Assembly (NCBI RefSeq): GCF_963921235.1
Contig: NC_086108.1
Location: 6,448,001-6,512,000 of the forward strand
Origin: Mobula hypostoma
Lineage: Eukaryota
Length of the DNA stretch: 64,000 bases
Reading direction: 5' to 3'
The notes under the pieces are model-generated. The model had not been told where the DNA came from and searched no databases. It saw only the letters and a list, made by a program, of their open reading frames with translations. A program made the position numbers and the translations under genes. Below are positions 62,040 through 64,000 of this stretch, in pieces; positions within the stretch are counted from its first letter, which is position 1, and each line of letters starts with the position of its first letter.

Positions 62040-64000
62040 TTCTGTACCTCCTACCTGATGGTTACAGTGAGAAAAGGGCATGTCCTGGTGCTGGAGGTTT
62101 TTAATAATGGACACTGCCTTTCTGAGACACCGCTCCCTAAAGATGTCCTAGGTACTTTGTAGGCTAGTGTCCAAGATGGAGCTGACGAGATTTACTACCT
62201 TCTACAGCTTCTTTCAGTCCTGTGCAGTAGCCCCTCCATACCAGACAGTGATGCAGCCTGTCAGAATGCTCTCCACAGTAAAACTATACAAGTTTTTGAG
62301 TGTATTTGTTGACATGCCAAATCTCTTCAAACTCCTAATAAAGTATAGCCGCTGTCTTGCCTTCTTTATGACTACATCAATGTGTTGGGACCGGGTTAGA
62401 TCCTCAGAGATCTTGACACCCAGAAACTTGAAGCTGCTCACACTCTCCACTTCTGATCCCTCTATGAGGATTGGTATAGAAACATAGAAACATAGAAAAT
62501 AGGTGCAGGAGTAGGCCATTCGGCCCTTCGAGCCTGCACCGCCATTTATTATGATCATGGCTGATCCTCCAACTCAGAACCCCGCCCCAGCCTTCCCTCC
62601 ATACCCCCTGATCCCCGTAGCCACAAGGGCCATATCTAACTCCCTCTTAAATATAGCCAATGAACTGGCCTCAACTGTTTCCTGTGGCAGAGAATTCCAC
62701 AGATTCACCACTCTCTGTGTGAAGAAGTTTTTCCTAATCTCGGTCCTAAAAGGCTTCCCCTCTATCCTCAAACTGTGGCCCCTCGTTCTGGACTTCCCCA
62801 ACATCGGGAACAATCTTCCTGCATCTAGCCTGTCCAATCCCTTTAGGATTTTATACGTATGTGTTCCTTCGTCTTACCCTTCCTGAAGTCCACAATCAGC
62901 TCTTTCTTCTTACTGACATTGAGTGCCAGGTTGTTGCTGTGACACCACTCCACTAGTTGGCATATCTCACTCCTGTACGCCCTCTCGTCACCACCTGAGA
63001 TTCCACCAACAATGGTTGTATCATCAGCATATTTGTAGATGGTATTTGAGCTATGCCTAGCCACACAGTCATGTGTAGACAGAGAGTAGAGCGGTGGGCT
63101 AAGCACACACCCCTGAGGTGTGCCAGTGTTGATCGTCAGCGAGGAGGATATGTTATCACCAATCTGCACAGATTGTGGTCTTCCAGTTAGGAAGTTGAGG
63201 ATCCAATTGCAGAGGGAGGTACAGAGGCCCAGGTTCTGCAACTTCTCAATCAGGATAGTAGGAATGGTGATATTAAATGCTGGGCTATAGTCGATGAACG
63301 GCATCCTGATGTAGGTGTTTGTGTTGTCCAGGTGGTCTAAAGTCATGTGGAGAGCCACTGAGTTTGTCTCTGCCGTTGACCTATTGTGGCGATAGGCAAA
63401 TTGCAATGGGTCCAGGCCCTTGCTGAGGCAGGAGTTCCGTCTAGTCATGACCAACTTCTCAAAAGTATTTCATCACTGTCGATGTCAGTGCTACCGGGCG
63501 ATAGTCATTAAGGCAGCCCACAATATTCTCCTTTGGCACTGGTATAATTGTTGCCTTTTTGAAGCAAGTGGGAACTTCTGCTCGTAGCAATGAAAGGTTG
63601 AAAATGTCCTTGAATACTCCCACTAGTCGGTTGGCCAAGGATATGTTGGGCCCAGGATAGATCCTTCGAGATATTGACACCCCAGAACTTGAAATTGCTC
63701 ACTCCTTCCACTTCTGTTCCCTCTATGAGGACTGGTGTGTGTTCCCTCATCTTATCCTTTCTGAAGTCCACAATCAGCTCTTTGGTCTTGTTGACTTTGT
63801 TGTTCCTGCGACACCACTCAACTAGCTGATATATCTCACTTCTGTACACCCTCTGAATTTCTGCCAACAATAGTTGCATTATAAGCAAATTTCTTGATGG
63901 CATTTGAGCTGTGCCTAGCCACCCAGTCATGGGTGTTGAGAGAGTAGAGCACGTATCCCTGGTGTGTGTCAGTGCTGATCATGGAGGTTCAACTAAGCTA
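62040..64000 (-). mobile_element. Rex/Babar-like LINE RT fragments (at least two copies)
   Basis: [45 protein letters not shown]. Confidence 0.9.
62477..62856 (-). mobile_element. CR1 3' fragment nested in the Rex/Babar copy
   Basis: ORF 62574; (atagaaac)n tail; host sequence gaggattggtat|gtgttcctt is split. Confidence 0.88.

Overview
Eukaryotic, vertebrate-type genomic DNA. The repeat content (CR1 LINEs, V-SINE/HE1-like SINEs, Penelope-like elements, Rex/Babar LINEs) suggests a cartilaginous fish, possibly a ray; this is inference. Two spliced genes lie on the + strand, and the ORF track shows them only in fragments. (1) The last four coding exons of EIF3K (4532-16838), followed by AATAAA signals. 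(2) About 6.6 kb downstream, the first eight coding exons of a divergent classical-type calpain (23490-58059). Its Cys/His/Asn triad is intact, six of eight exon lengths match the classical calpain pattern, and the gene continues beyond the window. Its position directly after EIF3K suggests a CAPN12/CAPN17-lineage paralog absent from this site in mammals. Nearly everything else is decayed mobile DNA: nested CR1, RTE and Rex/Babar LINEs, hAT and Chapaev3-like DNA transposons with recognisable TIRs and TSDs, SINEs, and Penelope-like elements carrying minimal hammerhead ribozyme motifs and fold-back ends. No prokaryotic-type system (CRISPR, operon) is present. Exon, TIR and TSD coordinates were counted by hand; most LINE and SINE boundaries are approximate.
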